A stretch of DNA of 43,741 nucleotides from Octopus bimaculoides (GCF_001194135.2 NC_068986.1:114957716-115001456); one strand, 5' to 3'. Counted from the stretch's first letter, positions 1 to 13,370 are shown. Numbers and translations are program-made. The notes: generated by a model from the letters alone, not told the origin.

Positions 1-303
1 ATATATATATATATATAAACATACAAGGAAGTACACGCTATATTTGAAAAAAAAATGTGATGTAATACGACCGGGTTATTTTTTCTTAGCCCTGCTAGAT
101 CAAAGCTGACCTAGTGTTGACCACCACGACGACCACCACCACCACCACCAACAACAACAACAATAACACATATTCGAGTACAAAAGTGGAATAAATATGA
201 TGTAATAGTCAAATGTTTCGATTAGAAATATTTCGTCGATGAGTAATGTGAGACAACAGGAGTAGTGAAAAAAACGACAAAAGAGATAGACAGAGATAGA
301 GCG

Positions 304-344
<41 letters not shown>

Positions 345-617
345 TTAGAGTGAAATATATGGAAAATCGAGTCAGTATGCATTCAAGAGCGGTCAAAGAG
401 GGGAGATAATCAACGGTAACGCCGGAGAGAAAGGGAAGAGGTTAAGTGAAGGTGAAACAACGAAGAGAGGATTACTAAGCACGGTGGTTTAGAAACAGAG
501 AAATGGAAAGGAGCCAAAGTAAGAAAAGGAAAGGGAAAATATAAATAATAGGCTTTGGCTAAGTGAAAGCATGTGAATGATATTTCAAGATTGTTTGTGA
601 CAGAATGAAATTCTTAC

Positions 618-728
618 CTCGATGGCTGCTTCCAGTGTATGGCCTCGAAGAGAGTAATTATCATCCACCTCAAGCTCTCTTAGTTTGATTAAACTGATTA
701 TCCCTGCCTTCTCAACACATGAATGAGC
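618..728 (-). CDS. Tdc: Tdc-like coding exon 6, 111 nt, phase 0/0; gene continues beyond the window start
   Basis: ctcttccag|[37 protein letters not shown]|gtaaga; AHS(C/S)VEKA motif. Confidence 0.95.
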
Positions 729-931
729 CTGGAAGAGAGATCAATGTTTATTTACAATGTTTATACCACACACACGAATACATAAATACATAAACACATA
801 GATAAATACTTAAATAAAATAGATAAACACAAATAGATAAATGCATCAATTATCAGTTCCAGTCAATTTTTCTAACATAGAAGATGTAAAACTGGTGTTT
901 CTCATTAGTTTCTCTCCTTTCAACTTATCCC

Positions 932-958
932 CTGAAGAAGGACTCTGTCCGAAACGTT
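932..958 (+). ncRNA. Hammerhead-like core with a disrupted stem I
   Basis: CUGAAGA / A / GGAC-UCU-GUCC / GAA / ACGU / U; the flanks do not form a clean stem I. Confidence 0.4.
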
Positions 959-1010
959 GAATTTTCCACTTCCCCATGGTTAATTCAATGGATTCTTTAT
1001 CGATTTCAAT

Positions 1011-1011
<1 letters not shown>

Positions 1012-1086
<75 letters not shown>
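1012..1086. repeat. (CA)n microsatellite; one example of many CA/TA/TACA/GA/TAA/CAA tracts
   Basis: Directly visible. Other long tracts: (TAA)n at 7530-7600, 9503-9628, 25946-26069, 38012-38077; (CA)n at 15940-16033; (CAA)n at 24640-24710. Confidence 0.98.
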
Positions 1087-1088
<2 letters not shown>

Positions 1089-1092
<4 letters not shown>

Positions 1093-1307
1093 TCTTTTCT
1101 ACTCTAGGCACAAGGCCCGAAATCTTTGGGGAGGGGGCGAGTCGATTAAATCGACCCCAATACGCACCTGGTACTTAATTTATGGATTTCGAAAGGATGA
1201 AAGGTAAAATCAACCTCGGCGGAATTTGAACTCAGAACGTAAAGACAGACGAAATAACGCTAAGCATTTCGTCCGGCGTGCTAACGTTTCTGTCAGCTCG
1301 CCGCCTT
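1089..1307 (-). mobile_element. tRNA-derived SINE family A, full length, tail type 1
   Basis: Minus strand: GGCGGCGAGCTGACAGAAACGTTAG (A-box-like), GAGTTCAAATTCC (B-box), a central ...CCTTTCATCCTTTCG... module, tail ggccttgtgcctagagtagaaaagaata. More than 10 related copies in the window. Confidence 0.85.
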
Positions 1308-2366
1308 ATGGGTCCCGCAGCATATTGACTGATTAAAACTCGGTTGAAGACTTCGTTTTCATGAAGATGCTGAAAATTCATTCAACCAGATGAACCTCTT
1401 TCTGTAAACTACTGTGATTGAGTGAAGTAGTGGGGCGATGGGGGTTGGGTGAGTCACACTTAGACTTATTTGAGATAATAGACAAATCACCTTGAATTAA
1501 AACTCTACTGTCTTAAAGAAAAGGAAGGATACATTGAATAACGCAGTGGCTAATCTATAAAAAGACGAGATGGTCAACGCTGGAACGCTTTTGGTCATAG
1601 GTCTTATTGACCAGGGCTGAACGACAATGAAACACCACAACCGCTGCCGCCGTCCCTGCCATTTGAGATTTGAATTCAGCGCTCAACATAGAATTCGTTA
1701 GTTTTATACGGGTGTTATTTTTCATAGCTTTACGATATACTCCACCCCTTAATTGGCGGCACTATCAGTGACATGGTTTACCCCCACCCTGGATACACAC
1801 ATTATTTACTGCTAAGTTCATTAAAAATTTGGGAGTCAGAGGAGCATAGGGGTGAAGAAACACGATGAAGTTCCGAGTTCGGCTCTGCAGCACGACTACT
1901 GCAGTCTCGGCGTGGATTCGATTAAAGGCACAAAGCACAGGTGTTGGTTGTTAAACCGGGTGACGAATTAAGCCTATTCTCTAAAACAATTAACAATCCA
2001 CCTGACAATCCATTTAAAGTGTCTCTCAGTGAGACTGAACTGGGAGTCACCATCATACCCAACTGCACCCATTACAAGTACAACGAAATGCCAGAGGAAA
2101 GTTTGAAGTCACACCAACGATGTATTTTCTAAAACACTAAGCCATTAAGAGGCTTCAACATGATCAGCGCACCTCCTAGATAAAGCAGCTAAACCTGGCT
2201 CATATCGCACAAACACATCACCATCTTAAAAACGGAAAGACATATTGTATAACGTATATTGAATTCATAGCAACAACAGCATCACATATCCACATGGCCA
2301 TTTCTCATATATCGACCCATTCATTTCTTCAAGAAACTCACTAGGAAATGCTTTTGCTTTACTTAC

Positions 2367-2501
2367 AAGTTTTGACGAATATCCGACCAGTTTAGTGAGG
2401 AGAGTTCCATCTTCAACGAATGGGAAAGACCCTTTTAGTTTCTTCAAGGTTGAATGTCTAGCTGTCAGCATTGTAACCAGAACACATTCACTGGCAGAAC
2501 C
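2367..2501 (-). CDS. Tdc: Tdc-like coding exon 5, 135 nt, phase 0/0
   Basis: atcgcag|GSASECVLVTMLTARHSTLKKLKGSFPFVEDGTLLTKLVGYSSKL|gtaagt. SASECVLVTML and PFVE.G.LL.KL resemble Tdc rather than DDC or HDC as recalled. Confidence 0.95.
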
Positions 2502-2528
2502 CTGCGATATACAAAATACATACATACA

Positions 2529-2564
<36 letters not shown>

Positions 2565-2572
2565 TATATATA

Positions 2573-3331
2573 NNNNNNNNNNNNNNNNNNNNNNNNNNNN
2601 NNNNNNNNNNNNNNNNNNNNNNNNNNNNNNNNNNNNNNNNNNNNNNNNNNNNNNNNNNNNNNNNNNNNNNNNNNNNNNNNNNNNNNNNNNNNNNNNNNNN
2701 NNNNNNNNNNNNNNNNNNNNNNNNNNNNNNNNNNNNNNNNNNNNNNNNNNNNNNNNNNNNNNNNNNNNNNNNNNNNNNNNNNNNNNNNNNNNNNNNNNNN
2801 NNNNNNNNNNNNNNNNNNNNNNNNNNNNNNNNNNNNNNNNNNNNNNNNNNNNNNNNNNNNNNNNNNNNNNNNNNNNNNNNNNNNNNNNNNNNNNNNNNNN
2901 NNNNNNNNNNNNNNNNNNNNNNNNNNNNNNNNNNNNNNNNNNNNNNNNNNNNNNNNNNNNNNNNNNNNNNNNNNNNNNNNNNNNNNNNNNNNNNNNNNNN
3001 NNNNNNNNNNNNNNNNNNNNNNNNNNNNNNNNNNNNNNNNNNNNNNNNNNNNNNNNNNNNNNNNNNNNNNNNNNNNNNNNNNNNNNNNNNNNNNNNNNNN
3101 NNNNNNNNNNNNNNNNNNNNNNNNNNNNNNNNNNNNNNNNNNNNNNNNNNNNNNNNNNNNNNNNNNNNNNNNNNNNNNNNNNNNNNNNNNNNNNNNNNNN
3201 NNNNNNNNNNNNNNNNNNNNNNNNNNNNNNNNNNNNNNNNNNNNNNNNNNNNNNNNNNNNNNNNNNNNNNNNNNNNNNNNNNNNNNNNNNNNNNNNNNNN
3301 NNNNNNNNNNNNNNNNNNNNNNNNNNNNNNN
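2573..3331. other. Assembly gap, one of 12; most are bordered by (AT)n
   Basis: Other N-runs at about 4193-4574, 10925-10998, 11837-12500, 13544-13836, 17989-18276, 19496-20484, 30819-31449, 34556-35220, 36987-37728, 40159-40377, 41213-41282. Confidence 0.99.
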
Positions 3332-3406
3332 TATATACATACAGATGTGCATTTGTATAAATGAGTGCGTGAGAGTGAAGACAAAGTATAAAAGGAAGAA
3401 AGAGGG

Positions 3407-3444
<38 letters not shown>

Positions 3445-3725
3445 CAGGTGGAGGAGAAAGAAAGCGAGAGAGACAGAAAGACTGAATATATATGTACGTA
3501 CATGTTTATGGAAATTAAGAAAAGAGGAAAAAAACACGAAGATCCAAAAATACGTCGATGTGTATATAGGCATTACATAGAATTGCATACACGATCAAGT
3601 ACATAGATCCACACACATGAAACGAATGCACACAAGCAATTATATATATGCTTATGTATGTGTGTGTGTATGTGTGTATGTGTGTATGTGTGTATGTGTT
3701 TGAACACATTTAGAATATATATTTA

Positions 3726-3777
<52 letters not shown>

Positions 3778-3953
3778 TAAATGTGTTCAAACACATACAC
3801 ACATACACACATACACACATACACACACACATACATACAAATATATGCGTAAGTATATATTCTAAATGTATTTATAAATACAAATGGAAAAATTCACAAA
3901 AGTATATAGTAGAAACGTAAATTGAGACACTTATGTATGTATGTATGTGTGTA

Positions 3954-3990
<37 letters not shown>

Positions 3991-4144
3991 ATGTGTGTGT
4001 GTATATGTATGTATATATGTATGCATACATATGTATCTGCGGGAGTGCTTAGTTCAGCGTATGCGTGCGCGTGTATATATATGTATGTATTTGTTGTGTA
4101 TGTATATATGCGTATCTGTATATATACACAGATACACAGACACA

Positions 4145-4192
<48 letters not shown>

Positions 4193-4574
4193 NNNNNNNN
4201 NNNNNNNNNNNNNNNNNNNNNNNNNNNNNNNNNNNNNNNNNNNNNNNNNNNNNNNNNNNNNNNNNNNNNNNNNNNNNNNNNNNNNNNNNNNNNNNNNNNN
4301 NNNNNNNNNNNNNNNNNNNNNNNNNNNNNNNNNNNNNNNNNNNNNNNNNNNNNNNNNNNNNNNNNNNNNNNNNNNNNNNNNNNNNNNNNNNNNNNNNNNN
4401 NNNNNNNNNNNNNNNNNNNNNNNNNNNNNNNNNNNNNNNNNNNNNNNNNNNNNNNNNNNNNNNNNNNNNNNNNNNNNNNNNNNNNNNNNNNNNNNNNNNN
4501 NNNNNNNNNNNNNNNNNNNNNNNNNNNNNNNNNNNNNNNNNNNNNNNNNNNNNNNNNNNNNNNNNNNNNNNNNN

Positions 4575-4607
<33 letters not shown>

Positions 4608-5406
4608 AAACGTACATATGTATGTTCACATAAAGAAAGCTTAATAAAAAGTCCAAATGAAAATATTCCCCTTCCAAACAAGAATAAAAAAAAATTTAAT
4701 GAATGGAAATAATCGCATGTAAATGAATGAAAAGATGAGGAGGCTGCTTGGGATGGCATTGGAAGTGGTTTGTTGATCGGATCTATTATTGTGATAAGGA
4801 GAATTCCTCAAACGAATCTATCTGCTGTTATTGACAGCTTCATTGAGTGAACTGTCATGGCCGACACCCACTGCTGCCGCCTTCTTCTGGTGAGTGGACA
4901 GAATCAAAGGTAATGCAGAAATGAAGTCAAAGTAATATACACATTCATAAACAGATTTACGCAAAGATGCGACTCTATCTATGCTCATATATGTTTGTAT
5001 GTGCGTTTGTGTTTTCGTATCTGTGTGAGTCTGTATGTGTGTATAGCAGCACTACGATGCAGCAACAACCAGGATATGTACTGCAAACAAGATGAAGTTA
5101 TAAACCAAAGGAATATCATTAGTAGAAAAATAAAATGGGTTTTGAAAACATCTTTAGTTAGCTGGGACACTTTTAGGGGACAGTATATGCTGGTATGACA
5201 TGACTTTCAAGGTACGTTATAATTAAAAGGGACGGGATTATAGAAAAGGTGAAGAACATATACACAGAACTACAAAAACTTCAAGTATACATTTGCAGTT
5301 ACACACATCTTTGATAACAACATAATCAAGGAGGTAAAGGTGTGATAGTATTTTCGGTAAACTCTTCGTGGAATTGTAAGTTAATATGTCAACAACGTAA
5401 TACTAC

Positions 5407-5471
5407 CTGTATGACACCACCGCCTTTGCCACCTTCATGTAAGAAATCTTTCGGTAAACCAATCATTTTAC
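5407..5471 (-). CDS. Tdc: Tdc-like coding exon 4, 65 nt, phase 1/0
   Basis: ttcttcag|(G)KMIGLPKDFLHEGGKGGGVIQ|gtagta. Completes the split Gly codon from exon 3 and carries the conserved GGGVIQ motif. Confidence 0.93.
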
Positions 5472-7192
5472 CTGAAGAATAAAGTGAAAATATTTCGTGT
5501 CAACTTACAATCAATAACTGGAAACATATTTTATCAGCTCCCGCTACCCCAAATAAAGTTTCAATTGCTGTTCAATTCGACAAAATGTTTTAACTTAGTT
5601 TATTAGAATTTTTTTCCATAAATGTAGAACATAGAATAAATGACATTCCTTATTCAGTTCTTTATTTCTACGTTCCGTGTTTAAACCCCAATCTGAGGCT
5701 CTTCTTTGTCTTTTAGCCTTCTGTGGTAGATAAAATGTCCGCTAATCATATATGGAGTCGATTATTGTTTATTAATTAATCACCAGAGAAGTGATCATGC
5801 TTTGTCACTGTTAAACAGGTGAGTTCGGTCCAGACAGGTAAGGTCATCTTGAAGCTCTACAGGAAAATAGCTGCGGGAAAACGTGCATCAGGAGAGAATT
5901 CCAGAGGAAGCAGTTCTAGAAAGTTGGTCGAGGGGAATATTTAGTGTGGGGACAAAGATGGTGATATAGAATTGGTTAAACAGTAAGAGAAGAGACATAT
6001 GTGTAATGATTTGTTTCTGTGATGTTAAATAAGATGTTATTGTTGCTTTCCCATTGAACATTTTGTCTGAGCGTTGGACAAAATGCTTTACAGTGTTTCT
6101 TCCGACCTTCTAAAATATAACAGGCTACTAACTCGTTGGATGGGGTTTTCTCAATGTCAAGATTTGTTTAAAGATGAAACTTTTCCCCCTGGGGTCAGAA
6201 AATACTTCAGATTTTCTACGGACTCTTCACAAAACTGAAATACGATCTTCGTTGAAGCATTGCTCACATCTGTAAGATAGTGTTGCTACACACACACACA
6301 CACACACAAACGTACATCTTAGGTCACATCCACCCCAAAAGCCAAAGATTCATTCATCAACACACTACAACACTGATGCACAAATGTACAGTTTCCCCTC
6401 CTTCTACTCCTTCCACCACTACTACAACGGCTTCATTAGATTTAATCCCGCTCCACCATCCCATTGACCCAACTACTGAGGAGATAGTCACCGAACTCTC
6501 AATAGCCCAGTGAATCTAACAGTAAACATACAATAACGAGGTGCAATACAGAACTCTGTCTCACATAGACTATTGTTTTATTAGGAGCAGAGACGACCTT
6601 TTCTTTACGATATTGTTGATGAAATACACAGCCTATGTGTTTCAATTATTATTTAAATTAACGAAAAATTCGGAAGGGTTCGGTAAAACACCTATTTATT
6701 AAACTGGTGTTTAGGATATAACAAAGGGTTATTACAAACATTATTATGGAAAATATAATGTGTCGTGAATGGCACAACAATGCATTATAATAACAACAAT
6801 GGGACTATAATAACTGTTATAATTTAATTATCCATAGTCTGATATAATAATAATATTTCGGAATACAAAAATTCCTTCTTCAGATATCGTTAGGAATTGT
6901 TCGAGTCACTGCTACAGTTGGTTTTCCAACGGTTACTGAAATTTTTTTCCGGAAGCGTCTCTGCAATGGTCTCACGAAGCTCCTTCCGGAATTCCTCTCC
7001 TATTATTATGGAAATATGTTTAGTTATAAGTACATTAAAAGAAGAGGTTTTGTATCGTGAAACCAGGGACAGCACAATGCGGGTTTGTATTTAAACAGTT
7101 TTAACTTTAAAATTGGTGTAACGGAAGCAACTAAAAGTGGATTAGTTTAAAATGAAATCAGAATCAAAAGTGACAAAAGTATAAAGACTTAC

Positions 7193-7244
7193 CAACCCAG
7201 TCCAATACGATAGTTTCTAGCTCTGTACATGCAGGGCTGGCTGC
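7193..7244 (-). CDS. Tdc: Tdc-like coding exon 3, 52 nt, phase 0/1
   Basis: ttctaccag|AASPACTELETIVLDWV+G|gtaagt; conserved SPACTELE motif. Confidence 0.95.
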
Positions 7245-7305
7245 CTGGTAGAAGACAAAACAGAGATCAACTATAAAAATACAGATTATATACGGAAAAA
7301 AATAG

Positions 7306-7522
7306 CGGTTTGAAATTTTGGCATAAGGCCAGCATTTTAATGGCGAGCGGGAGTTTAGTCGATTATAGAGACCACAGCACTTGATTGGTGCTTATTTCAA
7401 TGACCCTGAAAATATGAAAGGAAGCTGACTTCGGAGGAATTTGAACTCAAAACGTAGTGACGGATGAAATGTCGCTAAGAATTTTGTTAGGCGCGGTAAC
7501 GATTCTGCCAGCTCGCCGCCTT
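7306..7522 (-). mobile_element. SINE family A, diverged, about 60 nt from the exon 3 acceptor
   Basis: Aligns with the 1089-1307 copy; the head abuts the (TAA)n tract at 7530-7600. Confidence 0.8.
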
Positions 7523-7541
7523 GATGATGATAATAATAATG

Positions 7542-7601
<60 letters not shown>

Positions 7602-7603
<2 letters not shown>

Positions 7604-9064
7604 GCAAGAATCCGAGCACTGGACCAGGCAGAAGCATATAAATACTTTGGCATAGACGAAAGTAACGGCATAAATCATTCAGCAATGAAAGAGAAGATTA
7701 GAAAAGAGTACTACAGGAGAGTACGTTAGTAATAAAGACTGAACTCAACGCTGCAAACAAACTAGAAGCCATTAACACTCTTTCAGTACCAATCGTAGCT
7801 TACAGTTTCAACATAATCAGCTGGCAAATGAGCGAAATAGAGAAGCTAGGCCCCAAGACCAGAAAACTACTAACCATCGCTCGAATGAACCACTCAAAAG
7901 CGGACGTGAACAGGATTTATTTACCAAGAAGCATGGGAGGAAGAGGATTAACTCAATTAGAATTATCTTACAAAACCACCACTGTAGGATTAAATACATA
8001 TCTTGAGCTGTCAAAAGATCCTCTAATGAAGCTTGTGCACCAGCATGATAAAGTAAAGAATCTGTACTCGGTATACAAAGAATCTGTACAGTTTAAGAAA
8101 CAACTGATGACAGAAGAACCTAGGATGAAGGCGAGTGAGAAAGTAACCCAGTTTGGTAAATGAGTTAAGGAAGACATGAAAAAACAAGCCCAGAAGAAGA
8201 GCAAAGGAGAATGGCTAGAAAAACCGATGCATGGCCGATACCCATGTAGAGTGAACAAACCAGACGTAGAAAAACGAGACACTCATGTATGGTTGAAGAG
8301 CTCAGGACTGAAGGCAGAAATCGAAGGTTTTATCATAGCAGCACAAGATCAAAGCTTGGCAATCAGGGCTTACCACAACAAAATAATGAACGATGGCACT
8401 GACCCGAAATGCAGAATGCGTCATGAGCAGCATGAAACAGTGGACTACATCTTAACTGGATGCACAGCGCTTGCAAAAACCGAATATATTCATAGACACG
8501 ATAGAGTAGCGCAATATATCCGTTGGGAGATATGTAAACACTACCAGCTTCCTACTTCAGAAAGATGGTACCAGCATAAATCTGAAACTGTGAGCGGAAA
8601 AGATGATGTAACAGTACTTCAGGACATGTCAACCAACACCGATAAAGAAATCAAGGGAAACAAGCCGGACATAATTATAGAAGATGGGAAGAATAGGAGA
8701 TGCTTAATGATAAATGTGACAGTATCATTAGAGAGAAATGTGTCCATTAAAGAAATTGAGAAGTTATTTCAGTACAAAGACCTAGAAAGAGAAGTGACCA
8801 AGATGTGGGGAATGAAAAGCAGCACAGCACCAGTGGTGATTGGAGTATTAGGGCTAATTAAAAAGGGCCTTGACAAGCAGCTCAACAAACTCCCTTGCAG
8901 TATTAACGTGGGAGAACTTCAGAAAATAGTGTTACTAGGTTCCGCACACATTTTACGCCGTGTACTCTCCATGAGATGAGGACTTGCTGTGAACCTAGGG
9001 TCAAGGGATGACCCCGGTTCAGCAGAAGACAACGGACCATATTTTATTTTAAAAAAATAATAAT
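7602..9064 (+). mobile_element. 5'-truncated Dong/R4-like non-LTR retrotransposon (RLE endonuclease), inactive
   Basis: YKYFGI...KEYYRRVR, RIYLPRSMGGRGL, SSGLKAEIEGFIIAAQDQSL, degenerate CCHC (CRMR..H..TVDYILTGC), RHD, KPDII, EK..YKDL, C-terminus LLGSAHILRRVLS*. Premature stops at 7727 and 8161; 3' UTR hairpin; TAA repeats at both ends. Confidence 0.88.
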
Positions 9065-9241
9065 CCTTTCTACTATCGGCATAAGGCGTGAAATTTTGGG
9101 GGAGGGGGCCCGTCGATTACATCAACCCCAGTAAATAACTAGTACTTAGTTTATCGACCCTGAAAGGCAAAGTCGACGTCAGTGGAATTTGAACTCAGAG
9201 CATTTCGTCCACCGTGCTACCGATTCTGCCAGCTCACCGCC

Positions 9242-9243
<2 letters not shown>
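9065..9243 (-). mobile_element. SINE family A with internal deletions
   Basis: Same head, core and tail; lies between the LINE tail and a (TAA)n tract. Confidence 0.8.
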
Positions 9244-9612
<369 letters not shown>

Positions 9613-9715
9613 TAATAATAATAATAATGATATACATACAAACGTATATAATATGTATAAGGTTGTTTAATATATAATATACACAATATATATAATGGTA
9701 ATATATTAAATGCGT

Positions 9716-9930
9716 AAGGCGACGAGCAGGCAGAATCGTCGGCATGCCGGACAAAATGTCTTGCGGCATTTCGTCCGTCTTTACGTTCTGAGCTCAAATT
9801 CTGCCGGGGTCAACTTTGCCTCTCATCCTTTTGGGATCGATAAAACAAGTAACAGTTGAGCACGTGGTTCAATGTAATTGATTTGGATCCTCCTCCGAAA
9901 TTACTGGCCTTGTGCCAACATTTGAAAACC
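9716..9930 (+). mobile_element. SINE family A on the plus strand, variant tail
   Basis: aaggcgacgagcaggcagaatcg...gagctcaaattc...gcctctcatccttttgggatcgataaa...ggccttgtgccaacatttgaaaacc. Confidence 0.82.
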
Positions 9931-11051
9931 AATACATGATATGCATACTAATAAGAATATACACTTTTATTCCCAAAACCACCCAAGATCTCAGGGACTC
10001 CTGCTGCAATCCAAAGCTGTACACATATGTAACACACATCTGTTACGTTATACTCTTTGTAAAATATAATATCATGAATTTACAATTTCATCAACTTATA
10101 AACGTTTAAAAACTTTGTAAATCCCATAAAATTCTCAACACACACACGCACATACATAGGTATGTGATGCATGTTGTTTACATTTATATAAGGGTATGTG
10201 ATTTTTATTGCCAATCAGCAGAAGTTACACTGTGACTCAAGGACCAAAAGTTTCACGCCGTTGGCATTCATCAAGCACGTGTCAATACTCAACGCATGAA
10301 ACTCTCGGCCCTTGTCTCATTCTCTACCTTCTACCGATTATTCATAAAACACACACGCGTACACACATACGCACACACTTATGCACATAAACACACATGT
10401 TTTGAGTTCTACCTTTTCTGTTTGTATCACCAAACCTATAAGAACATTTGCATATATCAGTAGAGTGCAATTAAACTATATTTGACACAGAACACACATT
10501 GATATTTTACCAATACTTAGAAAGAATCAAGTCTAACGCAAAGGAAATAACAATTACAAAAAATTCCTACTTGAGTTACTGCTCCATATCTGTCTATCAT
10601 ATAACTCATTCAAGACCACCAAACAGTGTTTTAAGTCCCGTAAAGTTTGTAATCTCACGTAGCCTTATAGAAAACGGAGACAGATTATCTACATTTTAAA
10701 GTGAAAGGCTAGGTAATTGCAATGTTTGTGCATGAAACCAATGGTAGAATTATAAATCCACAACTAAAGAAAGTATTTATACACTAAATGTTTACTATCA
10801 CGCGTACACACACATACATACACAGACTCGCACGCACGCGCGCACACATAAACACACACACACACACACGCACACGCACCACACACATGTATGTATATAT
10901 GTATGTGCGTGTGTGTCTATATATNNNNNNNNNNNNNNNNNNNNNNNNNNNNNNNNNNNNNNNNNNNNNNNNNNNNNNNNNNNNNNNNNNNNNNNNNNGT
11001 GGTGTAAACAACAAAAGGATGTATTAGTATGACGCTCTGAAATACGGAAAG

Positions 11052-11088
11052 TCTTTAACGTTTCGAGCTACGCTCTTCAACAGAAAGA
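11052..11088 (-). ncRNA. Minimal hammerhead-like motif with an A6U core change
   Basis: UCUUU / CUGUUGA / A / GAGC-GUA-GCUC / GAA / ACGU / U / AAAGA; both stems pair perfectly. Confidence 0.5.
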
Positions 11089-11663
11089 ATACGGAGACAA
11101 GGAGAAAAACACGGAGAAAAAAAATTGAATAGTGTTCAGTCAACGGTCATATATATATATATATATATTTAATATAATATATGAGAAAACTAATTTCTGT
11201 GTGTCAGTGTGTCACACTTAGACCCTCTCTCTCACTATCCAATGACACTCCTACTATTCTGCATGATGGGGTGTGAGTAATAGTAAGCATAGAGAGAGAG
11301 AGAGAGAGAAAGAAAAAGAGAGGGAGAGAAAGAGAGACAAAGAAATTTAGGGAGAGTTGATGATGTTTTATTAAAAGTAATAGTGTTGATGGTGGCAGTG
11401 GGATTAATAATAAAAGAGAACGAAAGAATGGGTGTGTGAGAGAAAGAGGAAGATGATGTACAACTTTGTTTACCATGTCTCTTTAACAGAAATTCCTGTC
11501 GCCAACATACTGAACACTATCATTTTTGTTTTATTTTTGCTTTCTTTAACACACACACACACACACACATAAAATACACTTTAACTGAAATAAAGTTTCC
11601 TCAAAATTAAACATATCTAATATGTGAATGTCAGTGTGTCACACTTTTTCAACTTTAATAAAT

Positions 11664-11836
11664 CCTTTCTACTGGAAGCACAAGGCCTCAAACTTTTTGG
11701 GAAGTGATTAAGTCCATTACATCGACCGCAGTATGTAACTGGTACTAGTTTTATCGACCCCGAAAGTATGAAAGGCAAAGTCGACCTCGGTGGAATTCGA
11801 ACTCAAAACCTAACAGCAGACAAAATACCGTTAAGC
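11664..11836 (-). mobile_element. SINE family A, head lost in an assembly gap
   Basis: Tail, core and B-box match; runs into Ns at 11837. Confidence 0.8.
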
Positions 11837-12548
11837 NNNNNNNNNNNNNNNNNNNNNNNNNNNNNNNNNNNNNNNNNNNNNNNNNNNNNNNNNNNNNNNN
11901 NNNNNNNNNNNNNNNNNNNNNNNNNNNNNNNNNNNNNNNNNNNNNNNNNNNNNNNNNNNNNNNNNNNNNNNNNNNNNNNNNNNNNNNNNNNNNNNNNNNN
12001 NNNNNNNNNNNNNNNNNNNNNNNNNNNNNNNNNNNNNNNNNNNNNNNNNNNNNNNNNNNNNNNNNNNNNNNNNNNNNNNNNNNNNNNNNNNNNNNNNNNN
12101 NNNNNNNNNNNNNNNNNNNNNNNNNNNNNNNNNNNNNNNNNNNNNNNNNNNNNNNNNNNNNNNNNNNNNNNNNNNNNNNNNNNNNNNNNNNNNNNNNNNN
12201 NNNNNNNNNNNNNNNNNNNNNNNNNNNNNNNNNNNNNNNNNNNNNNNNNNNNNNNNNNNNNNNNNNNNNNNNNNNNNNNNNNNNNNNNNNNNNNNNNNNN
12301 NNNNNNNNNNNNNNNNNNNNNNNNNNNNNNNNNNNNNNNNNNNNNNNNNNNNNNNNNNNNNNNNNNNNNNNNNNNNNNNNNNNNNNNNNNNNNNNNNNNN
12401 NNNNNNNNNNNNNNNNNNNNNNNNNNNNNNNNNNNNNNNNNNNNNNNNNNNNNNNNNNNNNNNNNNNNNNNNNNNNNNNNNNNNNNNNNNNNNNNNNNNN
12501 TATATATATGTATATATATATATATATGCATATGTATATATATATGCT

Positions 12549-12585
<37 letters not shown>

Positions 12586-13299
12586 TTCTATGATACACAC
12601 ACACACGCGTATGTGTGTGTGTGTGTGTGTGTAATATAGAGCACTAGATTGATGATAAGCAATCTATTTAGCAGGGAAGTGACATGTAAAAATGTAAAAG
12701 TACAGTATTGTCTTTCAGTGATTTGACAAGAAGAACATGTTTGAGAATCAAAGAAATCGTGTGGTGAATAGAGTGGAAAGATCGTTGGTCAACTAACGAC
12801 GCTTTTTCATTTCTACCGATGACAGACATTGAACAGTCAATGAATATTCACTTCACTGAACAGAACATTCGAGAATTCAATGAAAACATGGCGTTCTTCT
12901 CCCTTTTATTTCCCAATAGAAGCCACGGATTTTATTATTTCTTCTGTTTGAATGTAGAAATAAAGTCCGTTAGTTCAGCCCTTACTCTCCCTCACCATCG
13001 ACCAAACGAAGTACAGCTCCCTCCTCCATCGTCCTTAATTTTGCTCCCCAAAGCTCGTTTATTCGAGAATGGTGAGAGACGTCTTTTAAGAAAGTGATAT
13101 GTGTATGTATGTGTGTATGCGTGCATGCGTACGTGTGTGTGTGTGTGTGTGTGTGTGCGTATGTGTGCATGTGTGATTGTGTGTGTGTGTGTGTGCGTGC
13201 ATACGTGTATAGATATAAGTATACACATGTATATATATATGTGCATATATATATATATGCATATATATATATGTGCATGTATATATATATGTGCATATA

Positions 13300-13370
<71 letters not shown>

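Noticed and set aside
2265-3588. Long ORFs spanning N-runs (here and at the other gaps)
   Set aside because: Artefacts of Ns and microsatellites. Only the 2367-2501 part of the 2265-3503 ORF (Tdc exon 5) and the 37729-37911 part of the 36856-37911 ORF (LINE end) are meaningful.
4730-4910. GC-richer stretch in intron 4 considered as an extra or alternative exon
   Set aside because: No decarboxylase similarity, and exons 4 and 5 already join in frame.
6890-7094. Short ORFs on both strands (EEFRKELRETIAETLPEK...)
   Set aside because: No recognisable domain or splice context; possibly old TE debris, not assignable.
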